From Deltaproteobacteria bacterium (GTDB lineage Bacteria; Desulfobacterota; GWC2-55-46): a DNA stretch of 64,000 nt. A model generated the notes under the pieces. That model had not been told where the DNA came from. It saw nothing but the letters and a program-made list of their open reading frames with translations, and did not search any database. The stretch covers positions 129,472 to 193,471 of the forward strand of contig JACRNL010000011.1 in NCBI GenBank assembly GCA_016234935.1. Reading direction: 5' to 3'. Below are positions 29,466-38,999 of this stretch, piece by piece (positions within the stretch are counted from its first letter, which is position 1; each line of letters begins with the position of its first letter). The position numbers were made by a program, and so were the translations under genes.

Positions 29466-30896
29466 TTGAAGATACTGTTTATTCTGCCGGACGTTGATTC
29501 GTTCCACAGGCTTAATATACACTTCGGGATAGCCACCCTTGCCGGGTTTCTAAAGGCCAACGGCTATAACGACATTAGATTTCTTGCGGTTACGAGCGTA
29601 GAGGACTATGCGCGCATAATACGCGAGGTGGAGGCGTATAAGCCCGATATCGTAGGGTTTACATCCGTTGAGACGCAGTTCAAGCATGTTATCGCCCTTT
29701 CAGAGAAGATAAAAGAGGCGCATAAATGCATCGTCGTGCTCGGCGGGGTCTTCATCACGCTATTTCCTGAGAGCGTCAAGGACGCAAAGGCCCTTGACGG
29801 GGCCTTTAAGGGCGAGAGCGAACAGGCGCTGCTTAATTTCGTCCGGGCCGTTGAAAATGGGGCGGATTACAGGCAGGTTAATAACTTCTGTTATTACGAT
29901 GAAAAGGAAGGCAGGGTCATCCAGAACAGGCTGTCGCCAATGGAGGACAACCTCGACCTTTTTGGAATACCCGACCGCGGGATATTCGATTTCCAGAGCG
30001 TCATCGACTCCTACGGCGGGGCCGCGCCATTCATGTTCAACCGCGGCTGTCCGTATAACTGCTCGTTTTGCTCCAACCACGCGCTGGCATCCGTCTACGG
30101 CAGGCTGAGCAACAAGACCAGGAGAAGGAGCGTTGACCTGTGCATAAAAGAGATAAAGGGCGTCACTTCGAGCTATAAGCTCGAAGTCATACATGTCTGG
30201 GACGATCTTTTCACATCGCACAGGAAGTGGATGCAGGAGTTCCTTGATAAATACAAAAAAGAGGTCGGGCTGCCTTTCATGTGCACGACGCGGTCAAACC
30301 TCTGCGATGAAGAGCTCTTTAAGGCCCTTAAAGACGGCGGCTGCTACAGGGTGCACATGAGTCTTGAGTCAGGCAACGACTTTGTAAGAAATAAGGTCAT
30401 GAGGAGAAATATCTCAAAGGCGCAGATAGAAAAGTCGTTCGGCCTTGCCCGTAAATACGGAATCGAGGTCAGCGCGTCTTCCATCATCGGTCTGCCGTTT
30501 GAGACCCCGGAAATGATAGATGAGACTATCGGCCTCCTGGGCTCGCTCAAGGTGGAAAGCTGCGGGGTGAATATCTTTCATCCGTATAAGGGTACGCACC
30601 TTTACAAGGTCTGCGAGGAATACGGGATGCTTGTTAAGGAGGATGAGATGCATGGCATCATGGAAAGAAGGGAGAGCATATTGAATCTCCCGCATGTAAG
30701 CAGGGAGAAGCTCAAGCATTACTTTGACAATTTCGAGATGTTGGTGAGGCAGAAGGAAGGCGCCCTGCCTTACCTTAAATGCAGGCTGAAGGCGACCGCG
30801 AAGAAGCTTCTCCCTGAGACCATACAGGGCGTGATAAGGAAGGCACGTAAAAAGAAAGGCAGAGTGCAGGACTTTCCGGACGGTCTTGAGGAATGA
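29466..30896 (+). CDS. Cobalamin-binding radical SAM protein
   Basis: PDIVGFT, GGVFITLFP, GESE, RGCPYNCSFC, WDDLF, LESGN. Confidence 0.88.
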   Translation: MKILFILPDVDSFHRLNIHFGIATLAGFLKANGYNDIRFLAVTSVEDYARIIREVEAYKPDIVGFTSVETQFKHVIALSEKIKEAHKCIVVLGGVFITLFPESVKDAKALDGAFKGESEQALLNFVRAVENGADYRQVNNFCYYDEKEGRVIQNRLSPMEDNLDLFGIPDRGIFDFQSVIDSYGGAAPFMFNRGCPYNCSFCSNHALASVYGRLSNKTRRRSVDLCIKEIKGVTSSYKLEVIHVWDDLFTSHRKWMQEFLDKYKKEVGLPFMCTTRSNLCDEELFKALKDGGCYRVHMSLESGNDFVRNKVMRRNISKAQIEKSFGLARKYGIEVSASSIIGLPFETPEMIDETIGLLGSLKVESCGVNIFHPYKGTHLYKVCEEYGMLVKEDEMHGIMERRESILNLPHVSREKLKHYFDNFEMLVRQKEGALPYLKCRLKATAKKLLPETIQGVIRKARKKKGRVQDFPDGLEE

Positions 30897-30909
30897 TAGA
30901 AGGTATGGC

Positions 30910-31680
30910 ATGAGCCGCATCATGAACGGCATTAAGAGAAGGCTCAGGAATATCTCCAAGCTCAAGGGCGCGTGGAGGCCCGGGTTTTTGTGGCTTTATA
31001 AAAACCGTTATCTCCGTATGGACGCCAACGTCGACATAAACGACTTAAGGCGGCGGCGCTTCCATCTGGACCGCTACGAGTTCGCCGCGCGCTCGATACA
31101 GGAGATTAAAAAGGCGGGCGCGTCCATACTCGACGCCGCATGCGGCACCGGCTACGGGACGAATATCCTTGAAAAGAGCGGGGCAGGGCGCGTGATAGGC
31201 GTTGACATAAGCCCTGAGGCAATAGAATACGCGCAGAAGAAATACGGTAGCGGAGTCGCGTCTTTTAAGGCGTCGGACGTGAGTAAGCTCGATAAGGCCG
31301 CGCTTTGCGCGGACGGCTTTGACGCTGTCGTGTCGTTCGAGACCATAGAGCATATCGATGATCCGCTGGCATTTTTAAAGTGCGTAGCCGGCCTGCTTAA
31401 AAAAGACGGCATCTTCATAGTCTCCACCCCGAATAAATGGGGCGTAACAAAAGACCACAAGATAGACTACGATTACGGGTTGTTCAGGGATCATCTGGAA
31501 AAGTTTTTTGAAATAGAATCCATATGGGCGCAAAACAGCGGCTGCATGGAGGAGTGGATAAACAGGGGACAGGAAAGAAGGCTCATAAGGGCGGCTCCGC
31601 AGAATATCGAAGAGGCCGAATGTTTTCTCGCCATATGCAGGCAAAAGTCAACAAAGCCCGCGGACGCTGAAAAAAGATGA
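30910..31680 (+). CDS. Class I SAM methyltransferase
   Basis: HLDRYEFA, ILDAACGTGYG, SFETIEH, STPN. Start could be 30886. Confidence 0.88.
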   Translation: MSRIMNGIKRRLRNISKLKGAWRPGFLWLYKNRYLRMDANVDINDLRRRRFHLDRYEFAARSIQEIKKAGASILDAACGTGYGTNILEKSGAGRVIGVDISPEAIEYAQKKYGSGVASFKASDVSKLDKAALCADGFDAVVSFETIEHIDDPLAFLKCVAGLLKKDGIFIVSTPNKWGVTKDHKIDYDYGLFRDHLEKFFEIESIWAQNSGCMEEWINRGQERRLIRAAPQNIEEAECFLAICRQKSTKPADAEKR

Positions 31681-32708
31681 CCGTAATGGCAGACATAGAC
31701 GCAGGGCCGCCTATTTTCCGGCACACAGGCAGGGCGCACATCAGGCTCGGCAAGGGGCAAAAGGCCGTCCGCGACGCGCTCATTGGAAAACTTGATCAAG
31801 GTATATACCGGCTTGAAGAGGTCAAGTGCCTGTGCGGCATGACGGAGGATGTTGTTATTTCCGAGACCGACAGATACGGTCTGCCGCTTAAGACCGTCAT
31901 ATGCACTTACTGCGGCCTTCTGAGGACAAACCCGAGGCTTGACGCAGGTTCGCTTGACGGTTTCTACGCGAACGAATACCGGGACCTGTACATGGGGGCC
32001 GACTACGGCGACATGGACAGCTACTTTCTCGACATGGCCGCAAGGGGACGGGAAGCGCTTGACCTCATTAGAAAGACCGCGCCCTGGGTTGACCTGAAAA
32101 AGGCCGATGTGCTTGAGGTCGGCTGCTCCGCCGGCGGCGTGCTCTTTCCTTTTCTCGAGGCGGGCGCAAGGGTCAAGGGGTTTGACCATGACAGGCGCTA
32201 TCTGGATTACGGCAATAAGCGGGAACCGGCATTGAATCTTCTGCCGGGCGGCGTGGAAACGCTTGAAAAGGAAGATTGCAAATACGATATCATCTTGATA
32301 AACCACGTCATGGAGCACCTTGCCGATCCCGCGGGCGCGGCCTCGGCGGCAAGAAAGAGGCTCAAGCCGGGCGGGCTTTGCTATGTCTCCGTGCCCGGCC
32401 TGAAGAACCCCGCTTACTACAACAGCCCCGTAAAAAGTTTTTTAGGCTCGCTTCACATAGGGCATCTATGGCATTTTTCAAGGCTGACGCTTCGGCGCCT
32501 GTTAAAGGACTTTGACATGCTTTATATAGACGACGAAGTGCGGGCCGTATGCGCCTTGTCGCGGGCGGGAAGAGTTGAAAAGGATTTTCCGTCAGAGTAT
32601 GCATCGAACATGGAATTTATCCGGGACTATGAAAATGCCTTTGCGTGGAAGTTAAGGCGCGCAAGGAACGTCATTAGAAATATCCGCCATTTGATCAAGC
32701 TCGTGTAG
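31677..32708 (+). CDS. Class I SAM methyltransferase with N-terminal Cys motifs
   Basis: CLCG...DRYG...CTYCGL, VLEVGCSAGG, NHVMEH. Confidence 0.87.
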   Translation: MTVMADIDAGPPIFRHTGRAHIRLGKGQKAVRDALIGKLDQGIYRLEEVKCLCGMTEDVVISETDRYGLPLKTVICTYCGLLRTNPRLDAGSLDGFYANEYRDLYMGADYGDMDSYFLDMAARGREALDLIRKTAPWVDLKKADVLEVGCSAGGVLFPFLEAGARVKGFDHDRRYLDYGNKREPALNLLPGGVETLEKEDCKYDIILINHVMEHLADPAGAASAARKRLKPGGLCYVSVPGLKNPAYYNSPVKSFLGSLHIGHLWHFSRLTLRRLLKDFDMLYIDDEVRAVCALSRAGRVEKDFPSEYASNMEFIRDYENAFAWKLRRARNVIRNIRHLIKLV

Positions 32709-32743
32709 TTTCAGGCCAGACCTTTGCCAGACATCCGAGGGAT

Positions 32744-33673
32744 ATGTCAAAAATACCGGAACCGGTAAAATACATAGGCAAAAAATATATCCTCAACCTC
32801 ATCAAGAGGAAGAGGCTCGCGGCTCCGCCTTTTCCGCCCGAGTTGTGGATAGAGAACACCAACCACTGCAACGCGCGGTGCGTTATGTGTCCGCGCGATC
32901 TGCACACGCGCCCTCTGGGCATCATGAAGCTTTCTTTGTTTACGCGGCTCATGAGCGAGGCGTCCGCGCACGCCGCGAAAATAAAGAGGGTGCACCTGCA
33001 TAATTACGGAGAGCCGCTCTTGGACAAAGACCTGCCTGAGAGGATAAGGCTGGCTAAAAGGGCCGGCATAAAAGAGGTCTATTTTGTCACCAACGCGTCG
33101 CTCCTTACTCCCGAAAAATCGAAAGAGATAATCGAAGCGGGCCTTGATGAGTTCAAGATAAGTTTTTACGGCACGGACAGGGAAACTTACAACGCGACGA
33201 TGAGGGAGCTTGATTTTGACAGGTCTATCCAGAACGTCAGAGATTTCTTCAGCGTGCGCCGGAAGCTCAAGGCCCGGCGTCCCGGCGTCATCATCCAGTA
33301 TCTCGTCCAGCCGTTGAATATGGCCAAGACAGGGGAGTTTCTTGCAATATTCAAGCCGCTTGTAAATAAAGAGCTTGGCGACAGCCTCAGCATATGCCAT
33401 CTGCATAACTTCGGCGGCGGGCGTGATTACAGGAAGACGGCGAGGATTTCCGGCATCTGCAACTATCCGTGGCGGACGATAGTCATCCTGCACGACGGAA
33501 GGGTCGTGACATGCTGTCTGGATTATAACGGCCTGCAGGTAATGGGCGACGTCAACAAACAAACGATAGAGGAGATATGGAACGGGGACGCCTACCAAAA
33601 GGCAAGGGAGAGTTTCAAGAGGCTTGACTACGGCGGCTATCCTGTGTGCTTAAAGTGCGACATAATAAGATAA
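32744..33673 (+). CDS. Radical SAM protein with SPASM/Twitch domain
   Basis: CNARCVMC, YGEPLL, C-terminal CNYPW...GRVVTCCLD...CLKC. Confidence 0.9.
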   Translation: MSKIPEPVKYIGKKYILNLIKRKRLAAPPFPPELWIENTNHCNARCVMCPRDLHTRPLGIMKLSLFTRLMSEASAHAAKIKRVHLHNYGEPLLDKDLPERIRLAKRAGIKEVYFVTNASLLTPEKSKEIIEAGLDEFKISFYGTDRETYNATMRELDFDRSIQNVRDFFSVRRKLKARRPGVIIQYLVQPLNMAKTGEFLAIFKPLVNKELGDSLSICHLHNFGGGRDYRKTARISGICNYPWRTIVILHDGRVVTCCLDYNGLQVMGDVNKQTIEEIWNGDAYQKARESFKRLDYGGYPVCLKCDIIR

Positions 33674-33703
33674 CCCCTGTCAGCGGTGAAAAGCGTCATT
33701 ACA

Positions 33704-33754
33704 AAATCCCCTTGAAGGGGCTGAGCCCCCTTAGCCCTCTTTTCCAAAGGTGGG
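33704..33754. repeat. Palindromic repeat (family B)
   Basis: CCCCTTGAAGGGGCTGAGCCCCC at 33708, identical to 28471-28493. Confidence 0.8.
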
Positions 33755-33769
33755 AAATAAAAATATGAG

Positions 33770-35590
33770 ATGATGAAAATAATCCGTTTGTCAGATATTG
33801 GAAGGCTTCCGGTCTTGGACGCGGCTAAGGCGCGTCAATGCTGTTTTGTTGACCTTATAGGCGGCCTCGTGCGTCGCGGCGGCGCGCCTGTGCGCGGCGG
33901 CATCAGGGAGATAAGGCTTGAAGGGCTTACGCCGGCGGAGAAGAAAATCTGCCGGCTGGATTATATCGACGCGATAGCCGGGCTTGGCGCGGACTTTTCC
34001 TCGCCTGAGTGGTGGGCAAACGCAGCCTCTGAAAAAAACGAGCACACGTCAGAGCACTTTAAAAACCTGTGTCTGTTTTACTTACTTGTAAAGGCCCTGA
34101 AGGCTGTTGATGACGTAATCGTCTACGTCGTATGTAACGACGCGGTGGCCCTGCAGCTTTGGGCGTGGTGCGGCCGCGCAGGCATAAAGATAACCGGCGT
34201 GGGAAAGCGGCCCTTTGTTACGGGGCGGTTTGATGAAGGGGTAAGGACGTTTAAGGCAGTGAAGGCGGCCTTTGGTGTTGCTATAAGGGCGGTAGTCCGT
34301 AAACTCTACCTGTTCGTTGTCGCGGGGGCGCATATAAGAAAAAACCTTGACCGGACAAAGGACTATTATGTAATAAGGTCATGGATAAACAAGGACGCGC
34401 TCAGACAGTGCGTTTATGCGAAAGACCCGTATTTCGGCAGGCTCCCGGAGACGGCCGTTGAAAGGGGTTTTAATACGCTGATAGTCGCGGGCATACTAAA
34501 CAACTTCACTGAAACCGTCCGGGGATTGAAGAGAGTTGATGCACTTATCGTCCCTGAGGAATATTTTTTGAGCCTTTCTGATATCGTCCGTGCCTTGTTT
34601 CGTCTTAGCCTTAGAAGGACGCGCCTTAAAAGGCCAGTGATGTTCAGCGGAGTTGACGTATCGGCGATATACGAGGCCGAGATAGAAAAGGGGTATCTGG
34701 ACGCCTCTTACACAAAGAACATCCTCAGGTATTTCATTGCCGCAAGGCTTGCGTGTTCCATAAGGTTCGGCCTGTACACACAGACATATGAAAACTACGC
34801 GTGGGAAAAAATGATGATACTCGGCATACGTAAAAACAGGCCGCAGGCGAGGATACTCGGCTTCCAGCACGCGTTCGTGTCGGAGGATTCGTTCAAGTAT
34901 TTTACAGGCGCAAAGGAAAGGGATATCGCACCGCTGCCCGACGGTATCATCACAATGGGCAGGGCGACGAAAAATATTCTTCAAAGTTACGGCAATTACC
35001 CTGCGGGCATTTTGACCGAGGGATGCGCCCTCAGGCAGGAGTATCTTGCCGGGGTAAAGATTTTTAACAGGCGGCGCTTTGGCAGGGTGGTCGTGCCGCT
35101 GACCATGATCGCGAAGGAGAGCGCATTGACGCTTGATTTCCTTTGCTCGTCGGGCCTTGCGTCCTCGGGCATAAAGGTTATTGTAAGGTGCCACCCGGCT
35201 GCCCCGTTTGAGACCTTTCAAAGACTCCTTGCCGAGGAGTTGCCGGACAGCTTCGTCTTTGACAGCGCGCGGAGCGTTGAGGAGGAGTTGAGGCAATCAG
35301 ACATGGTGCTTTACACATGGACGACCGTGGCGGCGGAGGCGCTTAGGATGGGCCTGCCGGTCATTTACCTCGACGTGCTTTCTCCCCTGCGCGTTGATCC
35401 GCTCTTTGAATGCGATGCGCTTAAAAAAAGCGTCAGCGTGCCTGAAGGGCTTATTCCTGCGATGGATGGTTTTTATAACATGACGGACGAAGCGTTCAGC
35501 GCCGAGCAGGCCGGCGCGCAGAGTTATCTAAAGGATTATTTTTATCCGGTGACGCCGAAAAATCTTGCTCCATTTTTTCCAGGACAATGA
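33770..35590 (+). CDS. Large hypothetical glycan-locus protein with GT-B-like C-terminus
   Basis: YENYAWEK, GFQH, VRCHP, TWTTVAAEAL.MGLPVI. Confidence 0.6.
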   Translation: MMKIIRLSDIGRLPVLDAAKARQCCFVDLIGGLVRRGGAPVRGGIREIRLEGLTPAEKKICRLDYIDAIAGLGADFSSPEWWANAASEKNEHTSEHFKNLCLFYLLVKALKAVDDVIVYVVCNDAVALQLWAWCGRAGIKITGVGKRPFVTGRFDEGVRTFKAVKAAFGVAIRAVVRKLYLFVVAGAHIRKNLDRTKDYYVIRSWINKDALRQCVYAKDPYFGRLPETAVERGFNTLIVAGILNNFTETVRGLKRVDALIVPEEYFLSLSDIVRALFRLSLRRTRLKRPVMFSGVDVSAIYEAEIEKGYLDASYTKNILRYFIAARLACSIRFGLYTQTYENYAWEKMMILGIRKNRPQARILGFQHAFVSEDSFKYFTGAKERDIAPLPDGIITMGRATKNILQSYGNYPAGILTEGCALRQEYLAGVKIFNRRRFGRVVVPLTMIAKESALTLDFLCSSGLASSGIKVIVRCHPAAPFETFQRLLAEELPDSFVFDSARSVEEELRQSDMVLYTWTTVAAEALRMGLPVIYLDVLSPLRVDPLFECDALKKSVSVPEGLIPAMDGFYNMTDEAFSAEQAGAQSYLKDYFYPVTPKNLAPFFPGQ

Positions 35591-36465
35591 CGGCAGGTAG
35601 CATGAAGTCAAAATACAGTTCCACGAAAATGTTTATGCAGAGGCTCTCGGACAGGATGAAGGCGGTCAGCAACGTCTTCAGGAAGATGGCGCTTTCTACT
35701 CCTGTCGGCGCGAACCTTTCTCTCGGCCGCATGGAGAGGAAAAATCCTCTGTTCGAGGCCGTTGAGATAGAGACAACTACCATATGCAACAGGAAGTGCT
35801 CCTACTGTCCGAACGCGAATTTGGCAAGGCCGGCAAAAAACATGGACGAGGCGCTGTTTCGTTCCATCATAGACAGCCTCGGCGAGATAGGCTTTTCCGG
35901 CAGGGTCTCTCCGCACTTTTACGGCGAGCCTCTTGTTGACAAGCGTATACTGAAGTTTCTTGCGTACACGAGGGAAAGGCTCCCGAAGGCGCTTATAAAG
36001 CTCTTTACAAACGGCGACCTCTTGACCTATGAACTTTTTTTAAAGCTCCTTGACGCCGGGGTTGACGTGGTCAGGATAGCGCAGCATGATCCCCGGCCGC
36101 CGAAGACAGTTGTTGAAACTCTCAGGAGGATAAAAGAAAACGGCCTCATGCGGCATGTCGAGTACGTGAAGTATTATAATAATGAAAAGGATTTGACGAA
36201 CAGGGGCGGCCTCGTTGACGTGAAGCCGTCTAAAAGAAAGATATTCTGCGACTATGTCTCGTGCGCCACGGTGGACTACGAGGGGAACGTCCTTCTTTGC
36301 TGTCAGGACTATCTGTCCAAGCACAGGTTCGGGAATCTCAAAAAGGAAAGGCTCGTTGACGTATGGAACAACGCGCGCTACAAGGCGCTGCGTGACAAGA
36401 TAAAATGCGGCATGTGGCCGCTTGAGATATGCAGGGTTTGCGCCGGAGTGCGGAAGGCGTCCTGA
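35587..36465 (+). CDS. Radical SAM protein with SPASM/Twitch domain
   Basis: CNRKCSYC, YGEPL, TNGD, NRGG, C...GNVLLCCQD...CRVC. Confidence 0.9.
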   Translation: MTAGSMKSKYSSTKMFMQRLSDRMKAVSNVFRKMALSTPVGANLSLGRMERKNPLFEAVEIETTTICNRKCSYCPNANLARPAKNMDEALFRSIIDSLGEIGFSGRVSPHFYGEPLVDKRILKFLAYTRERLPKALIKLFTNGDLLTYELFLKLLDAGVDVVRIAQHDPRPPKTVVETLRRIKENGLMRHVEYVKYYNNEKDLTNRGGLVDVKPSKRKIFCDYVSCATVDYEGNVLLCCQDYLSKHRFGNLKKERLVDVWNNARYKALRDKIKCGMWPLEICRVCAGVRKAS

Positions 36466-36508
36466 GTCGTCTGTTAGTCTATGCCCGCCGCAGGCGGGAA
36501 TTAAATAT

Positions 36509-36537
36509 TTGCTAATTATGGCTGTAATAAGTATAAT
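36509..36537 (+). promoter_or_regulatory. Putative sigma70 promoter internal to the glycan locus
   Basis: TTGCTA-17 nt-TATAAT in the gap before the GT4 gene. Confidence 0.55.
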
Positions 36538-36652
36538 ATTTTGGCTTGAAAGGCTGCAAGCAGCGCGGTTTTTGAAGGAGTTTTCGCTGTTTTTTCCGCT
36601 TTGAGCCTGTTCTGATACGGCGGCACGCCGGATATCCGTCACCGGAATTGTT

Positions 36653-37825
36653 ATGCCTAAAATACTCTACATTACGGCGCGTTCCGATTACGGCGGCGGG
36701 CCTGAGCAGATGCACCTCTTGATCAAGAGGCTCTCCGCCGCATTCAAGGTCTACGTGGCCTGTCCAAACGACGTCCCTTACTTCGCAATCTTCGGAAAGT
36801 ATGCCGAGGTGCTGGAGATACCCTGCAGGAAGTTTTCGGTCGCAAGCCTTATCGCCCTTTACAAAGCGGTCAGGGAAAAGGATATAGACATAATTCATTC
36901 GCACGGCAGGGGGGCGGGCGTGTATGCCAGGCTCCTTGGGGCCATGACCCGCAAACCCGTTGTCCATACCTTTCAGGGGGTGCATCTGTGGCACCTCAGC
37001 CCGCTAAGGAAATTTCTTTATCTCTTTGTTGAAAAGGCCTTTGCCAGGGTCACGGACGTATTCATCAACGTCTCGGAGTCCGAGAGAAAGACCTGCGAAA
37101 ACGCCAATTTTTATTCCAGGAAGTTCAGGGTCGTGCCAATCGGCGTCGAGGTGCCGCCCATGCGCCGCCCCCCGCTTGATACACGCGAGGGCAGGGTAAG
37201 GCCTGACAGGCGCAGGTTTACGCTGATAAATATTTCGAGGCTCTCTTTCGAGAAGGGCGTTGACGTGCTTTTAAAAGTGGTAAAGGCGCTGGCGGACTCA
37301 GGGGCTGACTTCAAGCTCCTCCTCGCGGGCGACGGCCCTGAGCGCAAAAAGCTCGAAAAGGACGCAAAGGCCCTTGGCATCGAAAAATACGTGGTGTTCT
37401 ACGGGGCCGTCAGCGACGCGGACAAGCTGAGGCTCCTTGAGTCAGCCCACGTCTTCATGAACACGTCAAGGTGCGAGGGCATGCCGATCGCCGTTCTTGA
37501 GGCGATGGCAAGGTCTTTGCCCGTCGTTGCCACGGACGTGGCCGGCAACAAAGACGTGGTCATAAGCGGGGAAAACGGCTTTCTGTTCGACATAACGAGG
37601 CCTGAGGAAGGGGCGCGGCGGATAGTCGAGCTTATGAGAACCCCGGCGCTCTACGAACAGATGTCAACGGGCGCCTACCGGACCATGACTGAAAAATTCT
37701 CCGTTGAAACGATGTGCGAAAGCACGAAGGAAATATATATGTCCCTGCTTGGCGCCGTCAAAAAAAAAGGCGCGCTGCCGGGCAAGGCATACAGGGATAA
37801 GGCCGCAGCGGTCAATGCAAAATAA
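36653..37825 (+). CDS. Glycosyltransferase family 4
   Basis: GGPE, IIHSH, RLSFEKG, EGMPIAVLEAM (EX7E). Confidence 0.92.
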   Translation: MPKILYITARSDYGGGPEQMHLLIKRLSAAFKVYVACPNDVPYFAIFGKYAEVLEIPCRKFSVASLIALYKAVREKDIDIIHSHGRGAGVYARLLGAMTRKPVVHTFQGVHLWHLSPLRKFLYLFVEKAFARVTDVFINVSESERKTCENANFYSRKFRVVPIGVEVPPMRRPPLDTREGRVRPDRRRFTLINISRLSFEKGVDVLLKVVKALADSGADFKLLLAGDGPERKKLEKDAKALGIEKYVVFYGAVSDADKLRLLESAHVFMNTSRCEGMPIAVLEAMARSLPVVATDVAGNKDVVISGENGFLFDITRPEEGARRIVELMRTPALYEQMSTGAYRTMTEKFSVETMCESTKEIYMSLLGAVKKKGALPGKAYRDKAAAVNAK

Positions 37826-37829
37826 GCGG

Positions 37830-37913
37830 CCCCCGCTTAGGGCACGCGAGGGCAGGAACGGTTTGATAGGACGAGGGTTGAACCCCCTGAGGGGGTTCGA
37901 CCCCTTCAAGGGG
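37830..37913. repeat. Palindromic repeats (family C unit plus inverted family B unit)
   Basis: CCCCCGCTTAGGGCACGCGAGGGCAGG (37830-37856); AACCCCCTGAGGGGGTT and CCCCTTCAAGGGG (37901-37913). Confidence 0.8.
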
Positions 37914-37918
37914 CATGA

Positions 37919-38929
37919 ATGTTTATGAAGAATAAAAAGATACTCGTCACAGGCGCGGACGGTTTTATCGGGTCGCATCTCACGGAGGAGCTTGTGCGCC
38001 GCGGTTTTACGGTCAAGGCCTTTGTCATGTATAATTCCTTTAATTCATGGGGATGGCTCGACAGGTCCGAGCCGGAGATTTTAAAATCAATCGAGGTCTT
38101 CGCGGGCGACATCAGGGACCCCCACGGCGTGAGGAACGCCATGAAGGGCTGCGACGTGGTGATGCACCTTGCCGCGCTCATAGCCATACCGTACTCCTAC
38201 CACTCCCCTGACACATACGTTGACACGAACGTCAAGGGCACGCTGAACGTGGTGCAGGCCGCGAGGGAGCTGGGGACAAGCAGGGTCGTGCATACCTCGA
38301 CGAGCGAAGTCTACGGCACGGCGAGGTTCGTGCCCATTACCGAGGAGCATCCTTTACAGGGGCAGTCGCCGTATTCGGCCTCCAAGATAGGCGCCGACCA
38401 TATAGCCATGTCCTTTCACAGCTCCTTTGAAACGCCGGTTGTTGTTTTGAGGCCGTTCAACACATACGGGCCGCGCCAGTCGGCAAGGGCCGTCATACCG
38501 GCGATAATAACCCAGATAGCAAGCGGCGCAAGGAGCCTGAAGCTCGGGGCAATCCACCCCACCAGGGACTTTAACTACATCTCGGACATCGTCCGCGGTT
38601 TTATTGCCGCGGCGGAATCCGACGGGGCGGTCGGCGAGGTCATTAACTGCGGAAGCGGCTTCGAGATTTCCATCGGTGATACCGTCCGCATGATAGCGGA
38701 TATAATGGGCGCTGAATGCGAGATACAGACCGACAATGAGCGTCTGCGCCCGGCAGGGAGCGAGGTCGAGCGCCTGCTGGCCGACAATTCCAAGGCAAAG
38801 CGCATCATGGGATGGACGCCCGCATACGCCGGCATGGAAGGCCTGAGGCGCGGCCTTGGCGAGACGATAGAATGGTTTCGCAATCCTGAGAATCTCAAGT
38901 CCTACAAGGCCGGCCTGTATAATATCTGA
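37919..38929 (+). CDS. NAD-dependent 4,6-dehydratase, LegB-like
   Basis: TGADGFIGSH, YNSFNSWGWLD, LAALIAIPYSY, TSEVYG, YSASK, RPFNTYGPRQSARA. Confidence 0.88.
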   Translation: MFMKNKKILVTGADGFIGSHLTEELVRRGFTVKAFVMYNSFNSWGWLDRSEPEILKSIEVFAGDIRDPHGVRNAMKGCDVVMHLAALIAIPYSYHSPDTYVDTNVKGTLNVVQAARELGTSRVVHTSTSEVYGTARFVPITEEHPLQGQSPYSASKIGADHIAMSFHSSFETPVVVLRPFNTYGPRQSARAVIPAIITQIASGARSLKLGAIHPTRDFNYISDIVRGFIAAAESDGAVGEVINCGSGFEISIGDTVRMIADIMGAECEIQTDNERLRPAGSEVERLLADNSKAKRIMGWTPAYAGMEGLRRGLGETIEWFRNPENLKSYKAGLYNI

Positions 38930-38999
38930 GCCGCGTTTCGCGGCATGATGATTTTTGTTTGCGAGGGCGTATGCTGATTTTAAGATGGAGGGCAGGGCT

